A stretch of DNA of 32,000 nucleotides, from NCBI RefSeq assembly GCF_000146505.1, contig NC_017448.1, positions 1,320,001-1,352,000 of the forward strand. Reading direction: 5' to 3'. The translations under genes and the position numbers were made by a program. The DNA is from Fibrobacter succinogenes subsp. succinogenes S85 (GTDB lineage: Bacteria; Fibrobacterota; Fibrobacteria; Fibrobacterales; Fibrobacteraceae). Below are positions 24,072 through 32,000 of this stretch, piece after piece. Position 1 is the first letter of the stretch; every line of letters begins with the position of its first letter. A model generated the notes under the pieces. The model made no database searches and was not told the DNA's origin. It saw only the letters and a list, made by a program, of their open reading frames with translations.

Positions 24072-25115
24072 TCATTTGAGAGCACTAAGCCTTTTCCCGG
24101 CGAGCCAGGGGGTGAATCTGTTGATAAGCAGAATGACGGGAACGAGAGCTGCAATCGTCACGATAGTCAACACAACACTTACCAATAGCGAAGATTCAAT
24201 CCATTCAGGCGCCACATGGAAAACCTTGAAGAGCACGCCACGCAAAATGCTTTGCACCATGATATGCAACGCCAAAATCGTAATCGTATTCTGCCCGATA
24301 AAATTCAGGACAGCTCTTTCGCGAATGGATTTGCAAATCGCAACAAAAGCGAGCAAACTAGAAAAAGTCATCATCGCCTGCATGGCGACAAAAGTCAACA
24401 ACGAGGTCGTTCTTTCTCGAGCCATAAGCGCAAGCGAGAACACAAGTACAGAAGTCAAAATTACAAACAAATTACATTTCAAAGAATAAAGTAGCTTTTC
24501 AGCCAAATTTTTCTTTGACGAGACAAAACCAATAGCTAGGCAAGAAAGGAAAAAACACGCCTGGTCCAAATTCCAGAAAACATGCGGCAATTGCAACATG
24601 TCCATATAGGTCCAGTAAATAAGTCCCGGAATAAAAAGCAACGCAATTATGGTTACCCTCAGGAACTTTTTCCGAATGCGGAGCAAGCACCAAAAGAGGA
24701 TTTCTACCACAAAAAGGCAAGTCAAAAACCACAGGGGCGTGACAAAGAAAGTGCTGTTCGTCCCGCATAAAATCTGCATCAAGACATCAGTGACTGTCGC
24801 ATGAGTCTCGTACGACAGGCCAAAATTACGGCGCACGAGGAACCAGAACGCAAAGAGTATCGCAGAAAATCCAAAGTACGGGATGACTAGGCTGCAGAAC
24901 TTTTTTCGGAGGAGTTCTAGGAATGGAGCGTTCGCCGAGCGTTCAAAAGTGTAGCCGGAGAGGAAAAAGAACGCGGGCATGGCAAAAGCGAAAATGGTTT
25001 CATTGACAAGGTAAATAGATTGCATGTGGCCGAGTGCGACCAAGCTAATGGCGAGAGCCTTGCAAATGTCAATCCAGGCGATGCGTTTTGTGATGCGGGA
25101 TTCGCGAAGTTCCAT
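24072..25115 (-). CDS. Integral-membrane acyltransferase (acyltransferase-3 / OafA-like family)
   Basis: 347 aa with about 10 hydrophobic segments. Family-typical N-terminus KRIAWIDICKALAISLVALGHM. Confidence 0.7.
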   Translation of the reverse strand: MELRESRITKRIAWIDICKALAISLVALGHMQSIYLVNETIFAFAMPAFFFLSGYTFERSANAPFLELLRKKFCSLVIPYFGFSAILFAFWFLVRRNFGLSYETHATVTDVLMQILCGTNSTFFVTPLWFLTCLFVVEILFWCLLRIRKKFLRVTIIALLFIPGLIYWTYMDMLQLPHVFWNLDQACFFLSCLAIGFVSSKKNLAEKLLYSLKCNLFVILTSVLVFSLALMARERTTSLLTFVAMQAMMTFSSLLAFVAICKSIRERAVLNFIGQNTITILALHIMVQSILRGVLFKVFHVAPEWIESSLLVSVVLTIVTIAALVPVILLINRFTPWLAGKRLSALK

Positions 25116-25116
25116 A

Positions 25117-25157
25117 GAATAAAAATAAAAAGAAATCCCGCGAGTGAACGCGGGATT
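25117..25157 (-). terminator. Rho-independent terminator after rpsA
   Basis: Stem aatcccgcg (25134-25142) / cgcgggatt (25149-25157). On the - strand it is followed by TCTTTTTATTTTTATTCT, which runs directly into the acyltransferase ATG (25113-25115). Confidence 0.75.
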
Positions 25158-25183
25158 CCTTTAAGCTTTAGTTTGAAACCAAA

Positions 25184-26956
25184 TTAAGCTTCAGCTTCTT
25201 CGGACTTTTCAGCCTTCTTCTTGGAAGCCTTCTTCTTCGGAGCAACAGCTTCGCCAATCGTGGTGCCGTTTTCGCCCGGCTTGTGGGAGTCCATCCAAGC
25301 CTTGAGTTCAGCGGATTCACGGTTCTTGAAGTAGTCAACAACGGAGAGATAGATCTTGCGGTTGTTCTGATCGATTTCGGTCACGACAGCCGGAACTTCG
25401 TCGCCAACCTTGAATGCATCGGCCGGAACCTTGATGTATTCAGCGGTGAGCTTGGAGACCGGGATGAAGCCTTCGATACCGTCAGCGAGTTCAACCACGA
25501 CGCCGCGGTCGAGCATGCGAACGATCTTGCCCTTGACTTCGGAGTCAACCGGGTAGGTGGAATCGATAGAATCCCACGGGTCTTCGGTGAGGTGCTTCAT
25601 GGAGAGAGAAATGCGGCGCTTTTCCTTATCGACGGCGAGAACGACGCATTCAACCTTGTCACCCTTCTTGACCATTTCGTTCGGGTGGGTGATCTTCTTG
25701 GTCCAGGACATGTCAGAGACGTGGATGAGGCCATCAACACCTTCCTTGATTTCGACGAATGCGCCGAAGGAAGCGATGTTGCGGATTTCACCGACGACGC
25801 GTGCGCCCGGCGGAAGTTCAGTTTCGATAGAATCCCACGGATCAGATTCGAGCTGCTTCATGCCGAGAGAGATACGTTCTGCATCTTCTTCAACCTTGAG
25901 AACAACAGCTTCGACTTCCTGACCGACGGTGAGGATTTTGGACGGGTGCTTGACGTGCTGGGTCCAGGACATTTCAGAAACGTGGATGAGACCTTCAACA
26001 CCGCTGTCGAGTTCGACGAATGCACCGTAATCAGTGATGGAAACAACCTTACCCTTGACGATAGCGCCTTCCGGATAACGTTCGGCGATATCCTTCCACG
26101 GATGCGGCTTAAGCTGCTTCATGCCGAGAGAGATGCGTTCCTTCTTGTCGTTGAAGTCGAGAACCATAACTTCGACTTCCTGGCCGAGCTGGAGCATTTC
26201 GGACGGGTGGTTGATGCGCTTGTAGCTCATGTCGGTGATGTGGAGGAGGCCATCTACGCCGCCAAGGTCGATGAATGCACCGAAGTCGGTGATGTTCTTG
26301 ACAATACCCTTGCGGACCTGGTTCTTCTCGAGAGTTTCGAGAACGTCGCCACGCTGCTTGTTGCGTTCTTCTTCGAGAACGACACGGCGAGAAACGACGA
26401 TATTGCGACGAGCCTTGTTGACCTTGATAACCTTGAGGTCGAATTCCTGGCCGATAAGAGCGTTGATGTCCGGAATCTGACGGAGGTCGATCTGAGAGCC
26501 CGGGAGGAAGGCATCGATGCCAAAGAGGTCGACGACAACGCCGCCCTTGATGCGCTTCGTGAGAGTGCCGCGTACGACTTCGTTGTTTTCGAATGCAGCG
26601 TGGATGCGATCCCACACGCGAACGAAGTCAGCCTTCTGCTTGGAGAGGATGAGGCGACCGTCTTCGTCTTCGAGCTTTTCGACGAACACTTCGATTTCGG
26701 AACCGAGTTCGAGAGAATCAGTATCCTTGAATTCGGCGCGATCAATAACGCCTTCGGACTTGTAGTTCACGTCGACGAGAACTTCCTGGTCGTTCACCTG
26801 GCTGATCTTACCCGTGACGAGCTTGCCCTGTTCGAGGTAGCCCATGCCGGCATAGACGTCAGCGTTGGCCTTGCGGAAGTCCGGGGAGCATTCACCCTGA
26901 GCGGCGAGAATTTCTTCGAGATCTTCTTGAGTTCCGAATTTGAGATTTTGAGACAT
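25184..26956 (-). CDS. rpsA: 30S ribosomal protein S1
   Basis: 590 aa with six S1 repeats (recurring GxVxxIxxFGAFVxL.....GLxHxSE) and a Lys-rich C-terminal tail. cmk lies upstream, as in many bacteria. Confidence 0.95.
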   Translation of the reverse strand: MSQNLKFGTQEDLEEILAAQGECSPDFRKANADVYAGMGYLEQGKLVTGKISQVNDQEVLVDVNYKSEGVIDRAEFKDTDSLELGSEIEVFVEKLEDEDGRLILSKQKADFVRVWDRIHAAFENNEVVRGTLTKRIKGGVVVDLFGIDAFLPGSQIDLRQIPDINALIGQEFDLKVIKVNKARRNIVVSRRVVLEEERNKQRGDVLETLEKNQVRKGIVKNITDFGAFIDLGGVDGLLHITDMSYKRINHPSEMLQLGQEVEVMVLDFNDKKERISLGMKQLKPHPWKDIAERYPEGAIVKGKVVSITDYGAFVELDSGVEGLIHVSEMSWTQHVKHPSKILTVGQEVEAVVLKVEEDAERISLGMKQLESDPWDSIETELPPGARVVGEIRNIASFGAFVEIKEGVDGLIHVSDMSWTKKITHPNEMVKKGDKVECVVLAVDKEKRRISLSMKHLTEDPWDSIDSTYPVDSEVKGKIVRMLDRGVVVELADGIEGFIPVSKLTAEYIKVPADAFKVGDEVPAVVTEIDQNNRKIYLSVVDYFKNRESAELKAWMDSHKPGENGTTIGEAVAPKKKASKKKAEKSEEAEA

Positions 26957-26992
26957 ATTAGTTAATTGGGTTGTGGTAACAAAGGATTCAGG

Positions 26993-27661
26993 CTACGCCA
27001 CTACACCTACGTAGTCGAGAATCTTTTGAACCTGTTGTTCGATTGAGATGTGTGTAGTGTCAATTTCAATAGCATCGTCCGCCTTCTTCAACGGGGCGGT
27101 CGCACGAGAGGAGTCCAGGCGGTCGCGTTCGACCAGATTGTTGAGGACTTCTTCGAGGGTAACTTTTTCGCCTTTTTCAAGGAGTTCCTTGTAGCGGCGT
27201 TCGGCGCGGACCTTCACGTCCGTCACCATAAAAAACTTGTACTTCGCATCGGGGAAAACGACGGTTCCGATATCGCGGCCATCCAAAATGCAGCTCTGTT
27301 TTTTGCCGATTTCGCGCTGCTGCTTAGTCATTGCGGCGCGGACAGACGGGAGGGCGCAGTAGATGCTCACATTACTGGAAACCTTCATGCCACGGATTTC
27401 GCTTTCGCGGGAAACACCGTTGATGAGCACATGATTTTCGGAGTCGAACCCGAGTGTGAGGTTAGAGAGCAATTCGTCCATGGCAGCACCTTCTTCGGCC
27501 GGCAAACCCTTTTCGAGGGCGGCAAGCGTCACGGCGCGGTACATCGCACCTGTGTCGAGGTAGGTAATGCCCAATTTCTTTGCAATAATCTTTGCAGTGG
27601 TACTCTTGCCTGTGCCAGAGCCCCCATCAAGGGCGATAACAAAATTTTCCGAATTACTCAT
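26993..27661 (-). CDS. cmk: Cytidylate kinase
   Basis: P-loop IALDGGSGTGKST, YLDTGAMYR, 222 aa. Confidence 0.9.
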   Translation of the reverse strand: MSNSENFVIALDGGSGTGKSTTAKIIAKKLGITYLDTGAMYRAVTLAALEKGLPAEEGAAMDELLSNLTLGFDSENHVLINGVSRESEIRGMKVSSNVSIYCALPSVRAAMTKQQREIGKKQSCILDGRDIGTVVFPDAKYKFFMVTDVKVRAERRYKELLEKGEKVTLEEVLNNLVERDRLDSSRATAPLKKADDAIEIDTTHISIEQQVQKILDYVGVVA

Positions 27662-27697
27662 GAGTGGGGCTAAAGATAGAAAATCTCCCCAGAGAAA

Positions 27698-28135
27698 TCA
27701 ATAGGCGTCGTAGTAATCGTAATAATAATAGCTAGCGTATCCCTTGTAGGAGTCAATGTAAATGAGCTCGGAACCGTTGGCATAGATGACCATGCGGGTA
27801 TCATCCCCCTCAAAATTATAATAGTAATCCCCGTGGTCATAACCGGTATCGTACTCACCCGGATTATAATAAGAGCAGTTGTCATCGACACAAAGGGAGA
27901 CATAGCCATCGCGAGTAATCCGCAAGTCAACAGTCATGGATGGAGACATGGAATAGGTATCCGAGCAGTCGTAGGGCTGATCAAAGGCATCGTAGCGACA
28001 GTCCACCTCATAATAATAGTGGTATCGTTTGCTGAAAGAGGCTCCGCCATCATTCGGCCCCACACTCCAATCCGAACCGCAAGCCACAAGGGCAAATGTC
28101 ATGAGCAAGGCTAATAGCGCAAGGATTCGATTCAT
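27698..28135 (-). CDS. Small Tyr/Asp-rich lipoprotein, unknown function
   Basis: Signal/lipobox MNRILALLALLMTFALVAC|G. By my count 26 of 145 residues are Tyr, including YHYYY, DYYYN and the C-terminal SYYYYDYYDAY. Four further Cys. AGGAG lies 7 nt upstream of the ATG. Confidence 0.6.
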   Translation of the reverse strand: MNRILALLALLMTFALVACGSDWSVGPNDGGASFSKRYHYYYEVDCRYDAFDQPYDCSDTYSMSPSMTVDLRITRDGYVSLCVDDNCSYYNPGEYDTGYDHGDYYYNFEGDDTRMVIYANGSELIYIDSYKGYASYYYYDYYDAY

Positions 28136-28147
28136 GAGACACTCCTA

Positions 28148-28176
28148 CAAAAAATCCCCCGACAGACCGTCGAGGG
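28148..28176 (-). terminator. Terminator-like hairpin between two lipoprotein genes
   Basis: On the - strand: ccctcgac ggtct gtcggggg (8-bp stem with one G-U pair) followed by ATTTTTTGT. The T-run ends 3 nt before the downstream gene's AGGAG. Confidence 0.6.
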
Positions 28177-28215
28177 AAATAAATCTACAAAAATGATTCA
28201 CCCAAAAGCGACTGA

Positions 28216-28815
28216 TTACTTGTAGTCACCGTTGTAGGATTCTTCGGTCGTGCTATCGTCGCGAGTGGATTCCGGAGCAAGGAGTTCACCGGTGCTGCCG
28301 TACTTGCGCTTTTCGTCGTCGGTAAGGCGGTTGGTGAGAACTTCGACCTGCGGTTCCTGGTGGGCAGTAGCTTCTTCTTCCTGGAGAATCTTCTGGCCTT
28401 CTTCGAGGCGGCGCTTGATGCGGTCGTCTTCCATCTGCTTCAGGTTCGTGCCGACCTTAGCCTGGTCTTCGGAAACCTTGTAGCGTTCGTTGGTTTCGTC
28501 CATGACAGCCTTGATACCCACGAGGCGGCCATCGCTATCGACACCGAGACCGGCCTTGCGGAGTGTAGAGAGCGGAAGGCGGCTTGCAGCCGTCTGGTAT
28601 TCCGGCAAGAATTCGTAGCCATCCGAGGTGCCAATCAGGCGAGCTTCGTCCGGGGTCACATAGGCAAGAGCATCCTGCCAACGGGAGCTCTGGACACTAG
28701 AGGTGAAAGATACGAGGGCATTATCCAAAGCCTCGCCTTCGTCCTTCGGACCGCTGCCTGCGCAGCCCATAAGGAACAAACTAATAGCAGATAAAATAAC
28801 CAATAATTTTTTCAT
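28216..28815 (-). CDS. Lipoprotein, unknown function, with a charged coiled-coil-like C-terminal half
   Basis: I prefer Met21 of the track ORF as the start (MKKLLVILSAISLFLMGC|A, GGAGGAG upstream). I recognise no family. Confidence 0.6.
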   Translation of the reverse strand: MKKLLVILSAISLFLMGCAGSGPKDEGEALDNALVSFTSSVQSSRWQDALAYVTPDEARLIGTSDGYEFLPEYQTAASRLPLSTLRKAGLGVDSDGRLVGIKAVMDETNERYKVSEDQAKVGTNLKQMEDDRIKRRLEEGQKILQEEEATAHQEPQVEVLTNRLTDDEKRKYGSTGELLAPESTRDDSTTEESYNGDYK

Positions 28816-28962
28816 GGGGTACTCCTCCGAAAAAAATCCTACCAAAATATAAACATAAATATCACAAACATCCAAATAAATGTTCCATTTTTCCTTAAAA
28901 TGTACCCATTTTTGGCATTTTCCTCAATTTGCCACGTTCTTTTTCTACATTACGTCTACCGT

Positions 28963-30180
28963 ATGAATGAAACCAATTCTCAGTCTGAAGAAATCAAGGA
29001 ACCTGTGTCGGGAGGAAAGTCCGACGTCTACCGTATCCATACCAAGGACAACAGGGAAATTGTCCTCGTAGGTACCGCCCATATTTCGCAAGTTTCCAAG
29101 GACCTGGTCCATGAGACCATCGAAGCCGAATCTCCGGACACGGTCTGCGTAGAACTCGACGACGGGCGCCTCAAGTCCATCCAGGACCCCGACCGTTGGA
29201 AAAATACAGACCTGAGAGATGTCATCAAGAAAAAGCAACTGGCAACCCTCATCGCAAACCTCGTTCTGGGCTCGTATCAAAAACGTATGGGCGCACAGAC
29301 AGGCGTCAAGCCCGGTTCCGAACTGAAGGAGGCGGTTGACGTTGCCAATAGCAAAAATATTCCACTGGTTCTCGCCGACCGAGACATCAAGATAACGCTC
29401 CGACGCACTTGGGCCTGCACCCCGTGGTACCGCAAGTTCAGCCTCCTCGGAGGGCTTTTTGCAAGCATCTTCGACAAGACTGAAATCAGCGAAGAAGAAC
29501 TGCAAAAAATCAAGGAAAAGGACGCCCTCAATTCCATGATGCAGGAATTCGGAAAGACGTTCCCCGAAGTGAAGCAGGTGCTTATCGACGAACGCGACCA
29601 GTTCCTCGCAAGCAAGATCAAGAACGCTCCAGGCAACAAGATTGTCGCCGTCATTGGCGCAGGTCACCTGCGCGGTATCGCAAGCATCATCGAAGAAGAC
29701 AAGGAACTGCCAAGCGAAGAATCCATCTCTGTCATCCCGAAGGGAACGGCCATCTGGAAGATTATCGGCTGGACCATCACGCTCGCAATTATCGCAAGCA
29801 TCGTGCTTGTCGGCTATTTTGCAGGAATCGAGAAGGCCGGACAGCTGAGTCTGCAGTGGGCCATGCTTACCGGCGGTGGCGCCATGCTCGGAACAATCAT
29901 CGCAGGCGGCCATCCGGTCACCATACTTGTAGCGCTGATCATGGCTCCGTTCACTGGGCTTACACCGCTTATCGGAGTCGGGTTCTTTACGGCACTCACG
30001 CAGGTCTATATGCGACCGCCTCGCGTGCAAGAAATGGAAACGCTCACCGACGACATTTGGCAAGTCAAGCGCTGGTGGAAGAACCGCGTCACACGCGTTA
30101 TCCTCTGTTTCTTATGCCCGGGCATTCCGGCAATCATCGGAAAGATTCTCGCGATCTTCAAGATTTATCAAGCGTTTTAG
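28963..30180 (+). CDS. TraB/GumN-family protein with a C-terminal membrane domain
   Basis: I prefer the ATG at 28963 as the start (MNETNSQ...). TraB-family motifs IVLVGTAHISQVS and AVIGAGHLRGI. Several hydrophobic segments lie in the last ~130 aa. Confidence 0.75.
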   Translation: MNETNSQSEEIKEPVSGGKSDVYRIHTKDNREIVLVGTAHISQVSKDLVHETIEAESPDTVCVELDDGRLKSIQDPDRWKNTDLRDVIKKKQLATLIANLVLGSYQKRMGAQTGVKPGSELKEAVDVANSKNIPLVLADRDIKITLRRTWACTPWYRKFSLLGGLFASIFDKTEISEEELQKIKEKDALNSMMQEFGKTFPEVKQVLIDERDQFLASKIKNAPGNKIVAVIGAGHLRGIASIIEEDKELPSEESISVIPKGTAIWKIIGWTITLAIIASIVLVGYFAGIEKAGQLSLQWAMLTGGGAMLGTIIAGGHPVTILVALIMAPFTGLTPLIGVGFFTALTQVYMRPPRVQEMETLTDDIWQVKRWWKNRVTRVILCFLCPGIPAIIGKILAIFKIYQAF

Positions 30181-30252
30181 GACCAACCGCGGGTGGCGGT
30201 CCGACGCTTTATGTTAATTTATCTTTACTGACAAATAGTCAACGCAAATTTT

Positions 30253-30281
30253 CGGAACCATAGGTTCCGTTGCTCCTTTTT
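30253..30281 (+). terminator. Possible terminator after the TraB-family gene
   Basis: Stem cggaacc (30253-30259) / ggttccg (30263-30269), loop ata. The T-run (30277-30281) is separated from the stem by ttgctcc, so this is a weak call. Confidence 0.4.
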
Positions 30282-30317
30282 GAAAATATTTTAATAAGAA
30301 CAAATAAGGAGTACGCA

Positions 30318-31736
30318 ATGAGTTTGAAGAAAACTTTTTCAGGGATTGCACTTGGTGCAGCCCTTCTTGGCGCAGGTATATCAAGTGCCTACGCTGCTGA
30401 CGAAACACTAAGATCCCTTGCAGATAAAAACGGAATCTACATCGGCGCGATTCTGAACTCGCAATGGTTCGGCGGAGGCCTTCCTGGCAATTACGAACAG
30501 ATCCACAAATCCCAATTCAACATCGTCGTTGCCGAAAACGAGATGAAGTTCGACGCCACCGAACCGCAAGAAGGGAGATTCAATTACAACAATGGCGACA
30601 AGATGGTCCGTTACGCACAGCAAAACGGAATGCGCGTCCGCGGCCACGCCCTCGCCTGGCACAGCCAAGTTCCGGGCTGGGTAAACAACTACAAGAACGA
30701 TAAAAAGAAATTGCTCGCCGTTCTCAAGAACCACATCGAAAAGGTTGTCGGCCACTGGAAAGGTCAAGTCGCTGAATGGGACGTGGTGAACGAAGCCATC
30801 AGCAACAACGAACCCCAATGGCGTACAGGTTCCGTGTGGTACCAGGGTATCGGTCCGGAATTCATCGATTCCGCCTTCGTATGGGCTCACGCTGTAGACC
30901 CGGATGCAGAACTCTGCTATAACGACTACAACCTCGAACAGGGCGTCAATCCGAAAGCCAAGGCAGGATTTTTGCTAGAACAGGTGAAGCGCTGGGTCAA
31001 AAACGGCATTCCTATCCATTGCGTGGGTTCCCAAACACACGTGGAAGACACCACCACCGACAAGCACTTTATCGGTTCACCGGATAGCCTCCGCTCCCTC
31101 GCCAAGGAACTTGCAAAACTCAATGTCAAGCTGAAAATCACCGAACTCGATATCGGATTCAAGAGCGGCATCAATGTCAGCAAGAGCGACCTTGAACGTC
31201 AGGGACAAACATTCCGTCAATACCTCGACATTATCCTCGAAGAACCGAATGCGGACACGTATCTGATTTGGGGTGTTTCTGATAAATGGAGCTGGCTTGG
31301 CGGCCTGAACAGACAGAAAGGCCTTATCTACGATGACAATCTGAAGCCGAAGCCTGCATTCGATAGCATCTTGGTGAGACTCCAAACTTACGAACCTCCC
31401 AAGGATTCCGTCAAGCAGGATTCCGTTGCACAAGACTCCATCAAGAAGGATTCGACAGCCAAGGATTCTACGAAAAAGGACTCTACAGACGCCATCGCAA
31501 AAATCGCCAGCAGAACGACGATGTCCGCATACGTTGCTGGCCGCACATTGTTCGTAACGGGATTGGTTTCTAAGACCGCCGCAAAGGTCGACTTGTTCGA
31601 TATGCAAGGCCGCCCCGTGTTCAGCACCAAGTGTGAAAATGGAATGGTGGACTTGAAGGATATTGCCGAAGGGCTTTACGTGGTGCAGATACGCTCAGGC
31701 AGCAACAAGATAGTGCAACGCGTGAACGTGAAGTAA
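30318..31736 (+). CDS. Secreted GH10 endo-1,4-beta-xylanase with a repeat linker and a T9SS-type C-terminal tail
   Basis: The ATG at 30318 lies 6 nt after AAGGAG. Signal peptide MSLKKTFSGIALGAALLGAGISSAYA. GH10 catalytic motifs WDVVNEA (acid/base) and KITELDI (nucleophile). Tail AKVDLFDMQGRPVFS...GLYVVQIRSGSNKIVQRVNVK. Confidence 0.9.
   Translation: MSLKKTFSGIALGAALLGAGISSAYAADETLRSLADKNGIYIGAILNSQWFGGGLPGNYEQIHKSQFNIVVAENEMKFDATEPQEGRFNYNNGDKMVRYAQQNGMRVRGHALAWHSQVPGWVNNYKNDKKKLLAVLKNHIEKVVGHWKGQVAEWDVVNEAISNNEPQWRTGSVWYQGIGPEFIDSAFVWAHAVDPDAELCYNDYNLEQGVNPKAKAGFLLEQVKRWVKNGIPIHCVGSQTHVEDTTTDKHFIGSPDSLRSLAKELAKLNVKLKITELDIGFKSGINVSKSDLERQGQTFRQYLDIILEEPNADTYLIWGVSDKWSWLGGLNRQKGLIYDDNLKPKPAFDSILVRLQTYEPPKDSVKQDSVAQDSIKKDSTAKDSTKKDSTDAIAKIASRTTMSAYVAGRTLFVTGLVSKTAAKVDLFDMQGRPVFSTKCENGMVDLKDIAEGLYVVQIRSGSNKIVQRVNVK
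31401..31490 (+). repeat. Six in-frame 15-bp repeats encoding the pentapeptide [KQ]-D-S-[VIT]-x (the xylanase linker)
   Basis: KDSVK QDSVA QDSIK KDSTA KDSTK KDSTD. The Ser codons differ between units (tcc, tcc, tcc, tcg, tct, tct). Confidence 0.9.
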
Positions 31737-31793
31737 AGATTGCAACAAGCGCGCTGCAAGATGTATTTCAAGATGCGCGCCGTAAATAAAAAC

Positions 31794-31826
31794 GCCGCGA
31801 CCTTTTTAAGGCCGCGGTTTTATTTT
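31794..31826. terminator. Bidirectional terminator shared by convergent genes
   Basis: Stem ccgcgacc (31794-31801) / ggccgcgg (31809-31816) with one mismatch. Flanked by AAAAA on the left and TTTTATTTTA on the right. Confidence 0.65.
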
Positions 31827-32000
31827 ATTCAACGCATCTCACGGAGAACCCGAAATTTTTGGGTTTCATCATGTAGCTGAAGCCCATGGATTTTGAGGAG
31901 AGGTACCAGACCGAAGCTTCCCCCCCTTCGGTGCTTGAGCTCCAGAAAAACGCGAACTTATTTTCATTGCCGTAAGTGCCATCATCGAACATGTTGCCAG
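31825..32000 (-). CDS. 3' end of a gene (5'-partial) whose C-terminus resembles the Fibrobacter major paralogous (FISUMP-type) domain
   Basis: This is not in the ORF track because it is short and partial. My manual - strand translation is GNMFDDGTYGNENKFAFFWSSSTEGGEASVWYLSSKSMGFSYMMKPKNFGFSVRCVE, ending at TAA (31825-31827). The ending G[FY]SVRCV is how that domain family terminates, as I recall it. Confidence 0.5.
   Translation of the reverse strand, partial: GNMFDDGTYGNENKFAFFWSSSTEGGEASVWYLSSKSMGFSYMMKPKNFGFSVRCVE

Overview
The window looks like a chromosomal segment from a Fibrobacter-like (FCB-group) bacterium. This is inferred from three things: T9SS-tail-bearing hemicellulases, Ser-rich-linker lipoproteins with an FWAC lipobox, and a C-terminal '...FGFSVRCVE' domain at the right edge. 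About 27 protein genes are supported. Both ends carry secreted glycoside hydrolases: a partial cargo protein, two tandem CBM-GH26 mannanases, and a GH10 xylanase. The centre is mostly housekeeping. On the + strand are GH57-hpt, fabV and an AGCS symporter. On the - strand are queA and gltX, then one long run: lipoprotein, Tyr-rich lipoprotein, cmk, rpsA, acyltransferase, coaBC, UDG-like, dnaB, mlaE, mlaF, lipoprotein, lipoprotein. I found no rRNA, tRNA, CRISPR array, transposase, integrase or phage genes. The least ordinary items are these. (1) A compact module at 8810-11061 encodes a cytoplasmic Zn-ribbon/triple-BON protein and an HTH-WYL-WCX regulator, packed directly against queA and preceded by a highly structured intergenic region. 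(2) Three arrays of degenerate period-7 TTAG-type repeats sit in intergenic spacers bounded on at least one side by a gene 3' end (15583-15673, 11145-11172, 24026-24060). (3) A second interspersed motif family (ACGCT..RRATGAC, sometimes with a hairpin) recurs in four intergenic regions. (4) An MlaEF-type ABC pair has no adjacent MCE gene; it is wedged 9 nt after dnaB and followed by two paralogous lipoproteins that share a Cys-framed module. (5) A 145-aa lipoprotein is about 18% tyrosine. (6) A degenerate UDG-fold protein with PANPxP repeats lies between coaBC and dnaB. All family assignments come from motif recognition by eye, not from searches.
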